From assembly GCF_013285385.1 (NCBI RefSeq), contig NZ_CP054213.1:14681-46680 (forward strand): DNA of 32,000 nucleotides. Direction: 5' to 3'. Below, piece by piece: positions 14,701 to 21,684 of this stretch. The first letter of the stretch is position 1; the number at the start of each line of letters is the position of its first letter. Source of the stretch: Paramixta manurensis. Its GTDB lineage: Bacteria > Pseudomonadota > Gammaproteobacteria > Enterobacterales > Enterobacteriaceae. The notes below the pieces were generated by a model. That model saw only the letters and a list, made by a program, of their open reading frames with translations. It was not told the origin of the DNA and did no database searches. The position numbers and the translations under genes are program-made.

Positions 14701-17430
14701 ATCTTCGGCCCGGTGCAGGGCTTCACCGGTAAAGATCTCAGCCTGGCTGCCTGACTGTGCCAGCGCGTTCATCATGTTAGAGGACAGGTCACGGCCATTC
14801 AGGCTGGCCAGTACGGTCCCCTGCTCATTATCACGGGCGCCTGGGGCGCTGACGTACCCGTGTGTCACGTACAGCGGGCGATCGGCGCGGACCGTCAGGG
14901 GGTGCTTCTGTCCTTCACGTGTCAGGGTCAGCTCACCGTTTTCGACCGCCGTCACCGTCAGGCGATCGCGGGCCCGGAGGCCTGCCTGCTTATCCCCCGC
15001 CACCGCAAACAGCCGCTCACCCGGCGCCACGCTAAGCTTTTCCTGCGTAAACGCGCGCCAGTCCCCGTTTAGTGCGCTCAGCTTTACGCGGGAAAGCACA
15101 CCGTCGCTGTCTATGAGCGACAGCATGCGTGTGTCGTCATGGACACGGTCAACAATATAATGGCGGGTTTCATTTTTCTCCGAACGGTCTTCCAGCACCA
15201 TCCCCGGGCGGTAAGAGGACGCAAGTTTGCGTTCCTTTGCCGTAATGAATACCGGCGTGCGCGCCTCGATGACAACCCCCTCCCTGTCAAGCTTTCCGGC
15301 GTTCTGCAGCGCGTCGCGAATGATGCCGGTCAGCTGTTGCTGCTCGCGGGCCCCCACAACAGCGGCAGTGACCGGGTTATCAGGGCTGCTCAGTTCGGCA
15401 AACCGTTCCGCCAGGGCATGATAGCGATCGCGTTTGTCCGTAATACTGATAACTCTGGCCTCAAGCCCTGCTGAGGGTTCCGTCAGACCATGACGCGGCA
15501 CGCCTGACGTCGACAGAACGGAAAGGGCGTTCGCATTAGACTGCCGCCCGGCGCTGTCCAGGAACAAGAGCTGCGCATTCTTTTCCCGTGCCTCACCGGT
15601 CAGGACGAGCATCTCTTTCAACCCCAGCTTTTCCGCGCCTTCAATGATGAGCGTACTCTGGGGAGACAGGCTGAACGTGCTGTCCAGCACGCGGCTGCGC
15701 TGAAGAATATTGCCCTTCAGTATTTTCGATTTCTCAAGGCTCATCGCGCGCTCTACTGAACTGGCCAGCACCCTGACTTCCCGCCCCGCCTTGCGTGACA
15801 TTGTCACCAGTTCCTCCGTCGTTTCACGCAGGCGCTGGACGGATGCCGGCGCGTTCAGGATGGCAATCGGTTCGTGCTCTGCCGATTTAAGATGTGCCGG
15901 CGCCGCGTCTGCGGGCGAACGGAACCGGATAACCCGGTTTTCCTTAACGATATCTGCGGCCAGCGCCTGAACCGAAAGCTCGTCAAGTAAATGAATGCCC
16001 GACGTGAATACGCCTTTATCACCGTCGAGAGGCACAAGCAGGTTCTCACTGATGGCCTGGTCAATCGCGCGCCGCAACGCCGGAATGGTATGCTGCTCAC
16101 TGCCGGCATGGTGTGCCGTCATCAGTAAATCACCGTACGTAAAACGCGTGCGGCTGTCGCTCAGAACGGAAATCGCTTCACGGACCGTGTCAATGATGTC
16201 CGCCGGCGAGGGAGACTCGTCCCCGGAGATAATGCGCGTGGCTTCGCGTGCCCGCGCCGCCTGCATCACCCCGTCAATATCAAAACCGGTTCCTTCCATC
16301 TGCCGTTGCCAGCGCGCCTGAAGGCGCGAGCGACCGTCCGTCGTTTCAGGTTTAACAATCGGCTGCTCCTGCTCCGGCACCGCCGGGGAGCCGGGTAATT
16401 GTTCCTGTAACGCCCCGCCCGGCTCACCGTTTTCAGGCGTCTTTTCATTATGACTGGCATCGGTCTGCCGGTGCTCCGTTTCCGGCAGTGCCGGAGACGC
16501 GGGGACAGGCTCACGCGGCTCCCGGCTTTCCGGAAGTCGTGGTGAACCGGAAGGCGCTGACACCGTCTTCTCAGGTGAAGAAACCACCGGTTCATCGGAG
16601 TCTCTGAGACGGCTGATATCCTGTTTACGCTGGCGCGTATCGAGGGCGGCCACGTCACGGCTTTTCAGCGAGGCCTCTTCGCCGACCTGTCCGATAATTT
16701 CCCGGTGGCGCGATGAAAACTCATCAAGCACTTCTTCTGTGAAACCTTTGATCTCCCACAGCTCATGCCTGCCGCCGGTGAGTTCGGTCTCGTAACCCAG
16801 CGCCTCGGTTTTACTCTTAAGCGAGTTACGATAGATTTTTCCGAACGAAACCTGGTGGCGATACATGGTTTCGATAAACCCGGCCCCGTGGATATAGTCG
16901 GTAGCCAGTGCCTTCCACTTCCCCTCCAGTTCAGTTACGTTCGCCAGCACGGCGTGGGTATGGATCATGGGATCGAGATTACGTGACGTATCGTGAGTGA
17001 AAAGCGCCGCCACCATTTTTCCTGTCGGCACAATACTGGTGACGCCATCTTTCGTATCCCGTGCGGTGACCATTTGTTCGATAACTGACAGTGTTTCTTT
17101 TACCGCTTCATGGTGCGCCTCCAGCAGACGTTTATCGCCGCCGGCCAGGATAAGCAGTGAAATGCTTTTAGGTGCGGAGAAGGTAAAGTCGTGCCCCGGA
17201 CGGTGTACGTGACTACCCTGAACGTCTTTACCCAGCTCAGTGCCGTCAGGCAGCCTGCCGTGAAGAACGTTAGTGAACGTATCCAGGTCAACCGGACCTT
17301 CCAGACCCAGTTCACGCGCGCCCTCGCCGAGCCACTGGCTTTCCAGATCGTCGAGAAAATAATAGTTGTCCTTACTGCTGTAATAACCGGCAGCGTCTGA
17401 GGCGGACGCCACGGGAGCAACAGTCATCAT
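11764..17430 (-). CDS. traI: TraI relaxase/helicase (1888 aa)
   Basis: The N-terminus MMTVAPVASASDAAGYYSSKDNYYF carries the paired catalytic tyrosines. The His motif is HDTSRNLDPMIHTHAVLAN. The helicase has Walker A GYAGTGKTT and Walker B LIDESSM. It is colinear with F TraI throughout. The start shares an ATGA overlap with the traD stop, and GGAGGA lies 9 nt upstream. Confidence 0.97.
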   Translation of the reverse strand: MMTVAPVASASDAAGYYSSKDNYYFLDDLESQWLGEGARELGLEGPVDLDTFTNVLHGRLPDGTELGKDVQGSHVHRPGHDFTFSAPKSISLLILAGGDKRLLEAHHEAVKETLSVIEQMVTARDTKDGVTSIVPTGKMVAALFTHDTSRNLDPMIHTHAVLANVTELEGKWKALATDYIHGAGFIETMYRHQVSFGKIYRNSLKSKTEALGYETELTGGRHELWEIKGFTEEVLDEFSSRHREIIGQVGEEASLKSRDVAALDTRQRKQDISRLRDSDEPVVSSPEKTVSAPSGSPRLPESREPREPVPASPALPETEHRQTDASHNEKTPENGEPGGALQEQLPGSPAVPEQEQPIVKPETTDGRSRLQARWQRQMEGTGFDIDGVMQAARAREATRIISGDESPSPADIIDTVREAISVLSDSRTRFTYGDLLMTAHHAGSEQHTIPALRRAIDQAISENLLVPLDGDKGVFTSGIHLLDELSVQALAADIVKENRVIRFRSPADAAPAHLKSAEHEPIAILNAPASVQRLRETTEELVTMSRKAGREVRVLASSVERAMSLEKSKILKGNILQRSRVLDSTFSLSPQSTLIIEGAEKLGLKEMLVLTGEAREKNAQLLFLDSAGRQSNANALSVLSTSGVPRHGLTEPSAGLEARVISITDKRDRYHALAERFAELSSPDNPVTAAVVGAREQQQLTGIIRDALQNAGKLDREGVVIEARTPVFITAKERKLASSYRPGMVLEDRSEKNETRHYIVDRVHDDTRMLSLIDSDGVLSRVKLSALNGDWRAFTQEKLSVAPGERLFAVAGDKQAGLRARDRLTVTAVENGELTLTREGQKHPLTVRADRPLYVTHGYVSAPGARDNEQGTVLASLNGRDLSSNMMNALAQSGSQAEIFTGEALHRAEDKLARMRTGRSPLALVQQASGKDDAGEALNTLNAALLTDTQKAVTRSIAQMRDVSFSEAKLLDIAGGFISNVGALRLEVARQVKEGDLIPVRVKGEPRFVARATWEMEKEIVAAITDGKNTQTPLMANIAPALLDGLTQGQKVATSLILQSTDRFTAVQGYAGTGKTTQFRAVQAAIDTLPEGDRPVIIGLAPTHRAVKEMRDNGIEAQTLKSFVTDWQQRTAAGETVRYDRTLFLIDESSMIGNQDTAAAYRAITAGDGRAVPVGDVAQLESPESGAPFQLMQERSPIDVAVMKEIVRQRDANLKSAVYSVIENKAGAALEKISSVSPLTVPRRPGTVAPAKSVAETKDPVSFIVADYMSRTDAAREQTMILVQLNADRRAVNSGIHRAMVESRELGQKAVIIPVLERITGGRHDFNRIQDWKPGQVVQANDRYLSVTGIDKGGDRVLLRDEAGRIHYYSPQELNATEIEVFDRREIELREGDQVRMTKTQKLAGHAAHEQYRVEQLRDNGEIVLKNRDGSKTIDPLTVTADRHVDYAWAVTGYGGQGASANYDIVLEGTEGARKRMSGMRAFYINASRARDHVQVVTDGVNDWMDTLKERDKGPVTAHDAIHPEPERAQARQIWAMGQPLARTAIGRTFLREQGLGNSAVPARVIPPTRKFPDAHLALPVYDGNGKTAGLAMLPLQPETGRIRAGEVRHMMTPGGQAAVLQKSRSGETVIVSDMAQALDAARANPDAGVLLLTGARTPSAQLLKVAGGLPDKSRRPDATLLHLVQTELQAFLRILPPDVPEQENKSALIAAREVANKLGTESPVTLPDSSDKERSVLSDRMAARIAEAMKEKVPSLPGENVPDYTALVRLASHALAKNAGLPDDAVLHSVVSALSANPLPAGVRLPAEIPAGSDVPVSVLRQIQEEQRAERLSSKAQQQDLSEQGLASAARALERQGVPRLPEASRGREPERDMPLPDRVRDIQKER

Positions 17431-19994
17431 CGTTCGTATCCTCCGGGTTCATGATGGTCGCCTGGCGCCTCATACGCCTCATGGTCATGGCGATGGCGCA
17501 GGATGTTCTGTTCTTCGTCAGCCATACGCTGCGAGGCCATGCCGTACTGCTCCGCATAAGCCTCTTCGCGGCTTTCCGGCGCGGTTTTCTGCGCCCCTGC
17601 CGTGCGCAGCGTGAGCTCGCCGTCCTCACCGGCAGTCACTTCCATCTGCAGCTGCGGGGGTTCACCCGGCGCATCAGCCACGCCCTCACCGGAGCCGGCG
17701 TTCGCCGCCGCGGTCTGACGTTTAAAGCGGTTAAGCATCTCAAGCGCATTCATGCCGCTGCCGGCTGATTTCACCGGCGGCGTGACGGCGTTTGCCAGCG
17801 GTTGCTCCTGTGTCACGGGCGCGTTCGCTCTCTCTGCAGACGGGGAAGTTTCCGGCGCAGCCACCGGTTTCCCGGCCGGCGACGCACGCTCAGTCTGATC
17901 CGGGCGTTTGAACGCCCGGACGTTCGCGGGAAGCGGCTGTGGTCCGGTTTCTGACGCGCCGGTTTTCCCGACCGGGGCTGGCGGGGTATCGGGCACGGAA
18001 GGTTGTGCCTTTTTTACTGCCTGTGCGGCATCCGGTTTCATCGCGGCGTCACCGGAGGTGCCTGCCCGGGAATTAAACGTCGTCGGCGGCACGGCGGGCT
18101 GGCTGGCGCTGACGTTTGCTGGGGAGGCATCCGCGCTTTTCTCCAGAATTTCCTCCCCGGTAGGAAAACGGATACCGGCATTTGTGGCGCTGCGTTCGTT
18201 GCCGGCGATGATGCGCTCCAGCTCCGGACTCAGGTTGTCGCGAAAATCGCGCTCGACGAGGGCCGGGTGATATTTTTTCTGCTTCCGGTACTTCAGGCTC
18301 AGCTTCACCACTGGATATTCGCCCGGGAGACGCACGTAAAAACGCAGGTTCGGCATCTTCATTACTTGGTCATAATCGACGATCGGCTCATTGACCTTGT
18401 CCCGGCTGAGCGAGATACCGTCACGGATCTGGTCGAGGCCAAAGCTGTTCTGCTCGCGCGCCTCACGCCGGCGCTGATGGCCCAGTTCGTCTTCCACTAT
18501 TTTGGCTACCTCGGCGCTTGGGGAACGGCCATAGGCGCGGGTGTTGAGAAGGTCAAAAATGGCTTTGGCCATCTCGCGACCGTAGATGTGCACCAGTTGC
18601 GGGATGTTCTGGATGCCCAGCACGAAGCAGCCGCCGAACTTACGCGCTTCGGCCAGCGTTTCGTTCAGCTCCGGGATTTTCTGCAGGCTGGCTATCTCAT
18701 CGCCGACGAACCATACACGCCGGTCGCTGTTCTCACCCATGCTCTGCAGGAGCAGCGTGGCCAGTGACAGCCACATGGAAATAAGCGGACGCACGGCTTT
18801 GCGGTGCCGGGCCGTCGTGGAAATGAACAGCCAGCTGCTGTCGTACCGTGCGTCGGTCATCCACTCCCGGATGCTGAACGCCGGTTTGCCTTCCTTATCC
18901 AGCCCCTGCAGGTAGCGAAGCGACTTGGCGTAGTTGGTCAGCACCGAACGGATGGAGATGGCCGTCTTTTCGATTTTCTCCTCAACCAGGTTGGCCGAAG
19001 GGGTGTTCTTCAGAAACTCGCGCAGGCTTTTCAGGTCGATGGAGAGCAGGGTCTTCAGGAACGTTTCAATGCTCCTGTCCGGGCGGGCCGCAAACTGCAT
19101 GGCACCGTCGCTGAAGATGGTACGTGAGGACGACACCCAGAACGGGTCAGAGTCCCCTTCCACCGGCATCAGCGCCGCCGTCATGTTTTCGTAATCGACC
19201 ACATCCAGGCATTCACGCCAGAGCTCCCAGTTCTCACAACGACTGTCGTGAGGATTAAGGATCCTGTCGGTACGCGGGTTGTAGTGCGTTTCGATAAAGG
19301 TACCGCCCGAGTCGTAGATAATGGCGCGGTCACCACGATGGCGGATGTAGTCCAGCAGCCAGCGGATAAGCGTGGATTTACCGACGCCGATGGTGCCGTG
19401 GATGAGAAAATTCATGACCTCGGCATTCCTGACCATGTGCAGGCCGCCAATCTGCAGATCGGACTTCTCGCCAGCCTTTTTCAGCAGGCGATTCACTTCG
19501 CGCAGATCATCGGTCAGCTTCATCCCGGAGATGAACTCGTCTTCGCTTTCTTTTTTGCCGATGCGCCCCACGTACCAGGTCACACCTAAAAACAACAGGC
19601 CACATGTCAGCCCGCAAGCGATGGCAATAAAACGCAGCCTGAGCAGGAACTGGCGTCCCATGTCCTGCATCCACACATTGGTCAGTAACTGAGCCGGTGT
19701 CAGCCTGATGCTGCAGAGCGGCCCTGACGCATTGCAGTGCCAGAAGATATCCCATGTGGCACTTTCCGTTCCCGGCGCAATGCCCAGCAGTGAGGACGTG
19801 GGCCAGGCGCACCAGTACCAGAACCCGTTTCGCAGCACATCATCCGGCGTGGTGATCCAGAAAAGCACACACGTGGCGCCCAGAAACAGCAGTAAAAGCC
19901 AGTGAAATATCCAGTTGTTAACTTGGGCAAACATGCGCAGACGGTAGGCCGTTATCTGGCCCCCCTGCGTCAGAAATTTGGGTATAAAGCTCAT
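17427..19994 (-). CDS. traD: TraD type IV coupling protein (855 aa)
   Basis: The start is at ATG 19994 (MSFIPKFLTQGGQITAYRLRMFAQV versus F [24 protein letters not shown]). Walker A is HGTIGVGKST and Walker B is VWFVGDE. Conserved blocks include NLVEEKIEKTAISIRSVLTNY and EARKFGGC.VLGIQ. The ORF-track start at 20051 adds 19 non-homologous residues. Confidence 0.95.
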   Translation of the reverse strand: MSFIPKFLTQGGQITAYRLRMFAQVNNWIFHWLLLLFLGATCVLFWITTPDDVLRNGFWYWCAWPTSSLLGIAPGTESATWDIFWHCNASGPLCSIRLTPAQLLTNVWMQDMGRQFLLRLRFIAIACGLTCGLLFLGVTWYVGRIGKKESEDEFISGMKLTDDLREVNRLLKKAGEKSDLQIGGLHMVRNAEVMNFLIHGTIGVGKSTLIRWLLDYIRHRGDRAIIYDSGGTFIETHYNPRTDRILNPHDSRCENWELWRECLDVVDYENMTAALMPVEGDSDPFWVSSSRTIFSDGAMQFAARPDRSIETFLKTLLSIDLKSLREFLKNTPSANLVEEKIEKTAISIRSVLTNYAKSLRYLQGLDKEGKPAFSIREWMTDARYDSSWLFISTTARHRKAVRPLISMWLSLATLLLQSMGENSDRRVWFVGDEIASLQKIPELNETLAEARKFGGCFVLGIQNIPQLVHIYGREMAKAIFDLLNTRAYGRSPSAEVAKIVEDELGHQRRREAREQNSFGLDQIRDGISLSRDKVNEPIVDYDQVMKMPNLRFYVRLPGEYPVVKLSLKYRKQKKYHPALVERDFRDNLSPELERIIAGNERSATNAGIRFPTGEEILEKSADASPANVSASQPAVPPTTFNSRAGTSGDAAMKPDAAQAVKKAQPSVPDTPPAPVGKTGASETGPQPLPANVRAFKRPDQTERASPAGKPVAAPETSPSAERANAPVTQEQPLANAVTPPVKSAGSGMNALEMLNRFKRQTAAANAGSGEGVADAPGEPPQLQMEVTAGEDGELTLRTAGAQKTAPESREEAYAEQYGMASQRMADEEQNILRHRHDHEAYEAPGDHHEPGGYER

Positions 19995-20067
19995 GTGTTG
20001 CTCCGGAAGACGTGCAGGCGCAGCCCGCCCCGTAGGGGGCAGGCTGTACATCGCGGGAAAAGGAACA

Positions 20068-20084
20068 GGGCTGCGGCGCAGCCC
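20068..20084 (-). terminator. Hairpin/terminator between traT and traD
   Basis: The palindrome GGGCTGCGGCGCAGCCC is followed on the minus strand by TGTTCCTTTTCCC. It lies 139 nt after the traT stop and about 75 nt before the traD start. F is reported to terminate partially after traT. Confidence 0.4.
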
Positions 20085-20222
20085 GCTTGGGTTACTTAAC
20101 GGGGAGGGCTGGAGACGAACGACACAGTTACCGACCCGAACTGAGGGACATCATTGTGGATGCGGTAGATTCTCTCGTGACAGGGAGCTGACCTGCCGAC
20201 ACGTCCATTTCGTCCCGGTGGG

Positions 20223-20954
20223 TTACATCATTCCGGCGACTGATTTCGCCAGCTGTGCTTCCAGTACCGGCTTCGCCTCTTCAAATTTCAGGTTAACCTT
20301 GTTGGCATTTGATACCACGCGTGTCTGGTATTTCATGCGGTCGCCCTGCTCGCTGCTGGTCTGCAGTTTGACGCCGGAACTTCCCTGCTGCAGCGCCGCG
20401 ACATTGTCGGTGGTTACTGCTGCTTTGGTACGTTCGGAGATTTGCAGATCGGTCACCATTGTATAATTCACATCTTCGACCATTGAATCTGCTGCCAGCC
20501 CAATAAGCCCCGCCGCCAGACCAACGCCCAGTGTCGCGCCGGCAGAATTGCTGTTGTAAGCGGTAATTCCCGCACCCAGCGCAGCACCTGTCGCTGCGCC
20601 CTCATAACCCGTTGAGAGAAACCCCTGAGACTGGCGCAGGTCCATTTTATCCGCCCTGAGAACGTTAGCCTGTATCCAGTACCAGGCGGCATCCGGAGAG
20701 GCCGTGATGGTATACCCTTTAGCCGTGAGATCCTGTGCGAGCATGGTTTGCAGGTCGCTCATATCCTTATCGGATGTATTCCGCACCTGTAGAAAAACGG
20801 TTTTTTCACTGGAAGGTTCAAGCCAGACGGTCTGGCTCATCTGGGTTTTTACATCAAGGTTGCGTTTTTTGATTGCGGTACCCACTGCGCTACATCCGGA
20901 AAGCACCAGACATGAAGCAGCCACAGCCGCCACAAAAGTTTTGCGGTTTTTCAA
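20223..20954 (-). CDS. traT: TraT surface-exclusion / serum-resistance outer-membrane lipoprotein
   Basis: The lipobox is VLSGC. Blocks [55 protein letters not shown] and [25 protein letters not shown] are near-identical to F TraT. No in-frame ATG exists: TTG 20954 (AAGGA 8 nt upstream, MKNRKTF...) is preferred over the ORF-track TTG 20972. Confidence 0.93.
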   Translation of the reverse strand: MKNRKTFVAAVAASCLVLSGCSAVGTAIKKRNLDVKTQMSQTVWLEPSSEKTVFLQVRNTSDKDMSDLQTMLAQDLTAKGYTITASPDAAWYWIQANVLRADKMDLRQSQGFLSTGYEGAATGAALGAGITAYNSNSAGATLGVGLAAGLIGLAADSMVEDVNYTMVTDLQISERTKAAVTTDNVAALQQGSSGVKLQTSSEQGDRMKYQTRVVSNANKVNLKFEEAKPVLEAQLAKSVAGMM

Positions 20955-20973
20955 TTGCTGTATCCTTGTCAAA

Positions 20974-20998
20974 TAAAAAGCGGGGCAGGCGCGCCCCG
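20974..20998 (-). terminator. Intrinsic terminator between traS and traT
   Basis: The stem pairs CGGGGC (20981-20986) with GCCCCG (20993-20998). It is followed on the minus strand by CTTTTTATTT. Confidence 0.5.
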
Positions 20999-21032
20999 AA
21001 GCACATGCGTTTAACTTAATGAATCAGGAGGG

Positions 21033-21062
21033 AAAACCCTTCCGGCAGTGTGCCAGGAAGGG
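21033..21062 (-). terminator. Second hairpin/terminator immediately downstream of traS
   Basis: A 7-bp stem pairs CCCTTCC (21037-21043) with GGAAGGG (21056-21062) around a 12-nt loop. It is followed on the minus strand by TTTTCCC and lies 23 nt after the traS stop. Confidence 0.4.
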
Positions 21063-21084
21063 TATCGGCAGAAAGTGGTAATAC

Positions 21085-21660
21085 TTAAATTTTTTTAATC
21101 AGAGAACTGATTTTTTCGAGAGCTAAACCTGAACCAATTCGATTAACTTCCATTCCAACAACAATATTAACGATGAAAAATAAAGCTAGCTCAGAAGCTG
21201 GCACTCCAAAAGCCATCCACGAAATGAATCCTGACGATATAGTCGAAAGAAGCATAAAAACCAAAAAGAAAGTAATCGTGCGCTTAACGACTCTCTTCAA
21301 ATGGCTCAAAATTAATGAGCTCTGCCGAACATTTTCAGGGATGGTTAGATACGCTATGAGGTTGTTGTAAGTCATTAGAGAGAAAAACAAACCAATAATG
21401 GCAGTAGGTACAACTACTACCCAACCATCCGACGTCAGAAATTTGAGGAAGCCTTCAGAATAAACATCTGGATACCTCTGTGAGTCAACTAAATAGAAAA
21501 TCATTGTACTAACAAAGCTCAAGACAACAGATATAACGGGTATGAAAAAACACTTTTTGAGCAAATCAGAACTGGAGGGAATAACTCGGTCTCCCGATGA
21601 AAGTTTATCAGTAAGTATTGCCATATCTGCATCAATTTCTGCTTTAGTGAAATTAGCCAT
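21085..21660 (-). CDS. traS: TraS-position entry-exclusion inner-membrane protein (191 aa)
   Basis: It lies between traG and traT as in F. It is a polytopic hydrophobic protein with GGAGAGGG as SD. The coding sequence is very AT-rich compared with its neighbours. TraS proteins are too divergent for sequence recognition, so the call is positional. Confidence 0.6.
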   Translation of the reverse strand: MANFTKAEIDADMAILTDKLSSGDRVIPSSSDLLKKCFFIPVISVVLSFVSTMIFYLVDSQRYPDVYSEGFLKFLTSDGWVVVVPTAIIGLFFSLMTYNNLIAYLTIPENVRQSSLILSHLKRVVKRTITFFLVFMLLSTISSGFISWMAFGVPASELALFFIVNIVVGMEVNRIGSGLALEKISSLIKKI

Positions 21661-21684
21661 ATTCCCTCTCCCATTAGATTCTAC

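Noticed and set aside
18003-18767. 254-aa plus-strand ORF and neighbours (17451-20099) antisense to traD
   Set aside because: It overlaps the conserved traD coding sequence on the opposite strand. The composition is low-complexity and Arg/Gly-rich, a GC-driven open frame.
19995-20051. N-terminal extensions offered by the ORF track for traD (also traG 24661-24756, traN 30833-30880, copB 10019-10033, and the secreted protein 4975-5082)
   Set aside because: In each case the extension overlaps the upstream gene or the SD. Homology to the F proteins, or the signal peptide, begins at the internal start, which also has the better RBS.
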